Source: an uncultured Aquificales bacterium
GTDB taxonomy: Bacteria > Thermosulfidibacterota > Thermosulfidibacteria > Thermosulfidibacterales > Thermosulfidibacteraceae
DNA: 13,897 bases
NCBI GenBank assembly: GCA_964411615.1
Contig: CAYPLO010000012.1
Span: 1 to 13,897 of the forward strand
Direction: 5' to 3'
Of the stretch, positions 10,544-13,897 are shown in pieces. The notes under the pieces were generated by a model. That model saw only the letters and a list, made by a program, of their open reading frames with translations, made no database searches and had not been told where the DNA came from. Both the position numbers and the translations under genes were made by a program. Each line of letters begins with the position of its first letter. Positions within the stretch are counted from its first letter, which is position 1.

Positions 10544-11412
10544 TGGAGACAGAGATACTCAGGGGGAAGGAGCTGGCAGAGGAGGTGCTGGAGAGGGTCA
10601 GGGAAAAGATATCCCACTACACATCGGCAGGGAGAAGGCCTCCTGGCCTCGCGGTTCTTCTGGTGGGAAACGACGAGGCCTCAAAGATATATGTGAGGAG
10701 GAAGCAGGAGGCCTGCGAGAAGGTGGGCATAAGGTCCATCTCCTGCCACTTCCCCGAGGATGTTGATTTTGAGACTCTGAAAGGCACCATAGAGGAGCTG
10801 AACGAGAAGGAGGATGTGGACGGCATACTCCTCCAGCTACCCCTTCCCGAAGGCCTCAGGAAAAGGACCCTTGAGTTGCTCTACAGTATCTCCCCTGAGA
10901 AGGACGTTGACGGATTCCATCCCTACAACGTGGGACTCCTCACCATAGGAGACGAGAGGGCGATAAAGCCCTGCACCCCAAAGGGGATACTCTACATGCT
11001 GGACAGATACGGCATAGAGGTTGAGGGTAGGGACGTTGCGGTGGTGGGGGCCAGCAACATAGTGGGAAAGCCCCTGGCAGTGATGCTTGTCAACAGGATG
11101 GCCACCGTATCCATATGCCACATAAAGACCAGATGCGTGGAGTCCTTCACCAGGAAAGCAGACATAGTGATATCCGCCACAGGGGTTCCCCACCTGATAA
11201 AGAGGGAGATGGTGAAGGAAGGGGCGGTGGTGATAGATGTGGGTATAAACAGGCTCAACGGAAGGATAGTGGGGGATGTGGACTTTGAGTCTATGAAGGG
11301 GCACGCGGGAGCCATAACACCTGTCCCCGGCGGCGTTGGCCCCATGACAGTGGCCATGCTCATGGAGAACACCCTGGAGTGCTATGTTAGAAGAGAAGGT
11401 CTACACGGTTAG
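10543..11412 (+). CDS. folD: Bifunctional methylenetetrahydrofolate dehydrogenase/cyclohydrolase
   Basis: Motifs YVRRK, DGILLQLPLP, KDVDGFHP, PCTPKG, GASNIVGKP and ITPVPGGVGPMTVAML. TGATG overlap with ymdB. Confidence 0.97.
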   Translation: METEILRGKELAEEVLERVREKISHYTSAGRRPPGLAVLLVGNDEASKIYVRRKQEACEKVGIRSISCHFPEDVDFETLKGTIEELNEKEDVDGILLQLPLPEGLRKRTLELLYSISPEKDVDGFHPYNVGLLTIGDERAIKPCTPKGILYMLDRYGIEVEGRDVAVVGASNIVGKPLAVMLVNRMATVSICHIKTRCVESFTRKADIVISATGVPHLIKREMVKEGAVVIDVGINRLNGRIVGDVDFESMKGHAGAITPVPGGVGPMTVAMLMENTLECYVRREGLHG

Positions 11413-12730
11413 CGAGATAACAGAGAAGATAAGGGAGCTCATAGAGGAAAAGTTCTTCTGGGTCTCTGTGAGGGGCGAGATATCCAACCTGGACAGGTCC
11501 CAGAGGGGCCACTTCTACTTCACCCTGAAGGACAGGGAGGCCCAGATAAAGGCCGTACTATACAAAGGAAGGGCGAAGCGCTTCCTGGAGCATCTCAAAA
11601 GTGGAGTTGAGGTCATATGCACGGGCCCCATAACCATCTACAAACCCAGGGGGGAGTACCAGATAGAGGTGGTCTCCTTAGAGAGGGTGGGATGGGGGAT
11701 ACTATATGAGGAGTTTGAGAGGCTAAAAAAGCTACTTGAGAAGGAGGGGCTTTTTGACCCGGAGAAGAAGCTTCCCATCCCGGCGGTTCCCAAGCGTATC
11801 GGCATAGTAACATCACCGGAGGGTGCAGCCATAAGGGACATACTCAGGGTGATAAGGGAGAGTGGCTACAGCTTCCACATCACCATATACCCCTCCCATG
11901 TGCAGGGTAAGGAGGCGGTTAAGGAGATTGTGGCCGGGATAGAGTTCTTCAACCAGAGGAAGGATGTGGACCTAATCATACTGGCAAGGGGAGGCGGCTC
12001 CATAGAGGACCTCTGGGCCTTCAACGAGGAGCCTGTGGCAAGGGCCATTTTTGATTCTAAGATACCAATCATCTCCGCCGTGGGCCACGAGAGGGACTAC
12101 ACCATAGCAGACTTCGTCGCCGATAGGAGATGCGCCACCCCCACCCACGCCGCAGAGTTCCTGGTGAAGAGGGAGCAGAGGATAAGACAGAGGCTGAAGG
12201 AGTCCAAGAGGATTCTTCTAAAGCAGGTGGAGAATGCACTGAGCCACGCGAAGAAGGACCTGAACATACTCAAGAAGCGGCTTGAGCTGAAGGACCCCAA
12301 GAGGGTGGTCCATGAGGGTATGAGAAGGCTGGACGAGCTGGCCTCCAGGATGAGCAACGCCGCAAAGGGGATACTCTGGAGAAAGAGGAGGCAGCTTGAG
12401 ACCGCCTCAAGGCTCCTTGACTCCCAAAATCCCGCAAGAAGGATTGAAAGGAGCAGAGAGAGGCTCAGGGCACTTAAAGAGAGGGCTGTAAAGGCGACAA
12501 CATCAAAGCTGAACAGCGACAGGTCAAGACTAAACATGATGAAATCCAAGGCAGAGGCCCTGTCCCCCCTGGCGGTTCTGTCCAGGGGATACGCCATCTG
12601 CTACTACAACAACAGGATTCTGAAGAGGGCCAAGGAGGTGCCCCGTAACGCCCTGGTGATGGTGGAGCTTGCCGAAGGAGCCATTGAATGCAGGGTAAAG
12701 GAGAAGAGGGAGCTGTTCAGGAGCTTCTGA
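11384..12730 (+). CDS. xseA: Exodeoxyribonuclease VII large subunit
   Basis: OB-fold GEISN...GHFYFTLKD, GIVTSPEGAAIRD, RGGGSIEDLWAFN, SAVGHE.D.TIADFVAD and LSPLAVLSRGY. Confidence 0.96.
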   Translation: MLEEKVYTVSEITEKIRELIEEKFFWVSVRGEISNLDRSQRGHFYFTLKDREAQIKAVLYKGRAKRFLEHLKSGVEVICTGPITIYKPRGEYQIEVVSLERVGWGILYEEFERLKKLLEKEGLFDPEKKLPIPAVPKRIGIVTSPEGAAIRDILRVIRESGYSFHITIYPSHVQGKEAVKEIVAGIEFFNQRKDVDLIILARGGGSIEDLWAFNEEPVARAIFDSKIPIISAVGHERDYTIADFVADRRCATPTHAAEFLVKREQRIRQRLKESKRILLKQVENALSHAKKDLNILKKRLELKDPKRVVHEGMRRLDELASRMSNAAKGILWRKRRQLETASRLLDSQNPARRIERSRERLRALKERAVKATTSKLNSDRSRLNMMKSKAEALSPLAVLSRGYAICYYNNRILKRAKEVPRNALVMVELAEGAIECRVKEKRELFRSF

Positions 12731-13152
12731 GGAAGATTGAAGAGCGCTTCGGTATAAGGATTGACACAGAGGCCTACCACATCTTCCCGAAGAGGAAGGG
12801 AGAGTTCTGGATAACCAGCAGGGAGGTGGCAGAAGAGGAGCTCCCCTTCCCCCACAGGGCGGGTTTCAAGTTTGCACAGGTCTTCTCAAGGGGAGGATTC
12901 AGACTCTCAACCCACGCCATCCAGCTCTTCGGGAGAAGGGCCACAAGGAACGTGGTTGAGGTGAACGAGAGGGAGAGGGAGCTGTTCATAAGGGGAGAGG
13001 ACCTGCCCAACAGGTGGGAGGTGAAGGGTGGGCAGGTGATTGTCAGGTACAGGGGCTTCCCCTTAGGGTCAGCTGTGGCCTCAGAGGACAGGCTCAAGAA
13101 CCAGGTCCCCACCGCAAGAAGGATAAAGGCCCCATGGGAAGACTCTACATAG
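12688..13152 (+). CDS. Stand-alone RsmF/NOL1-NOP2-fmu C-terminal (pre-PUA/PUA-like) RNA-binding protein
   Basis: 154 aa. FRLSTHAIQLFG..ATRNVVEV.....FIRGEDL...GQVIVRYRGFPLG.....LKNQVP resembles the C-terminal region of RsmF/YebU m5C methyltransferases. It has no SAM-binding or catalytic Cys motifs. Start position is uncertain. Confidence 0.6.
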   Translation: MQGKGEEGAVQELLRKIEERFGIRIDTEAYHIFPKRKGEFWITSREVAEEELPFPHRAGFKFAQVFSRGGFRLSTHAIQLFGRRATRNVVEVNERERELFIRGEDLPNRWEVKGGQVIVRYRGFPLGSAVASEDRLKNQVPTARRIKAPWEDST

Positions 13153-13897
13153 TGGGCTCCACGGGAAACAGGGCACCCGTACCGGAGGATGCCGAGATTG
13201 TGATGGCATTTCCCTCCGTTGCCAGCAGGCTCAAGACGGATAAGCCTGTGGAGGTGCTCCCCTATCCCCTTGAGAAGGCCCTGAAGGCCATAGAAGCACA
13301 GGCAGAGGAGAAAAAGGTGGCGGTGGTCCTCTCAGGAGACCCCCTCTTCTACGGCTGGGGGGCTGAGCTCAAAAAGCACTTTCCCCGCGCCACCGTCATA
13401 CCCTGGCTCAGCTATGTGCAGGTGGCCTTCTCCCTCATAGGAAGGCCCTGGGACAGGGCGGAAGTTGTCAGCCTGCACGGAAGAGACCTGCACAGCCTGC
13501 TGAAGGCCCTCACAAAGGGAAAGGAATACATATTCGCATATACGGATAGGCGAAACTCACCGGAAAAGATAGCACAACTCCTCATAGAGCAGGAGGTGCC
13601 CGTTGAGGAGTTCTGGGTGTTTGAGGAGCTGGCAACGGAGAAGGAAAGATACGGCTGCTACAGTCCTGAGGAGGCGGCAAAACTGAGTTTCAGGGACCCC
13701 AACTGTGTGATAGTAAAGCTTCCGGAGCTGGAGGTGCCATCCCCCTGGGAAGACCATGCGTACGCCACAAGAAAGGGGCTGTTAACCAAGGCCAGGATAA
13801 GGGCCATTGTAAGCTCCATAATACCAGAAGGAGATGTGCTCTGGGACGTAGGGGCGGGAAGCGGTGCGGTATCCATAACCCTATCCCGCAACTACAG
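13134..13897 (+). CDS. cbiET: Bifunctional precorrin-6Y/cobalt-precorrin methyltransferase CbiE-CbiT (CobL-like), 3'-truncated by the window edge
   Basis: Manually translated and not in the ORF track because it has no stop in the window: MGRLYIVGSTG...VAVVLSGDPLFYGWG...VSLHGR...FEELATEKER...(CbiT part) LLTKARIRAIV...VLWDVGAGSGAVSI. The frame is open to the end of the window. Confidence 0.87.
   Translation, partial: MGRLYIVGSTGNRAPVPEDAEIVMAFPSVASRLKTDKPVEVLPYPLEKALKAIEAQAEEKKVAVVLSGDPLFYGWGAELKKHFPRATVIPWLSYVQVAFSLIGRPWDRAEVVSLHGRDLHSLLKALTKGKEYIFAYTDRRNSPEKIAQLLIEQEVPVEEFWVFEELATEKERYGCYSPEEAAKLSFRDPNCVIVKLPELEVPSPWEDHAYATRKGLLTKARIRAIVSSIIPEGDVLWDVGAGSGAVSITLSRNY

Noticed and set aside
8243..12855. 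Ser/Leu/Phe-rich minus-strand ORFs (e.g. 8243-8689, 8853-9422, 12097-12597)
   Set aside because: They are antisense by-products of purine-rich sense codons in rny, folD and xseA.

Overview
Gene-dense, housekeeping-type bacterial chromosome segment. Heavy AGG/AGA/ATA codon use and Glu/Lys/Arg-rich proteins suggest an anaerobic thermophile; this is an inference and no taxon is assigned. At the left is queD (+), converging on a minus-strand unit nfnA(sudB)-nfnB(sudA)-dapL-secreted hypothetical. A 77-bp divergent intergenic region contains a perfect 16-bp palindrome and a near-consensus sigma70 promoter. To its right is a ~9.5-kb plus-strand run of overlapping genes: MltD-like LysM lytic transglycosylase, small membrane TPR protein, ZapB-like, ZapA-like, rarA, 5-formyl-THF cyclo-ligase, rny, ymdB, folD, xseA, a stand-alone RsmF-C-terminal/PUA-like protein, and a CbiE-CbiT fusion that runs off the window (absent from the ORF track). 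I saw no mobile elements, CRISPR arrays, tRNA or rRNA, and no clearly new multi-gene system. The most noteworthy oddities are: rarA plus a small structured spacer occupying the slot usually held by 6S RNA between zapA and the cyclo-ligase; an orphan RsmF-C-like protein where xseB is expected; apparent complete absence of GATC and CTAG; the palindromic operator with a probably leaderless transcript; and a CbiE domain with altered glycine motifs.
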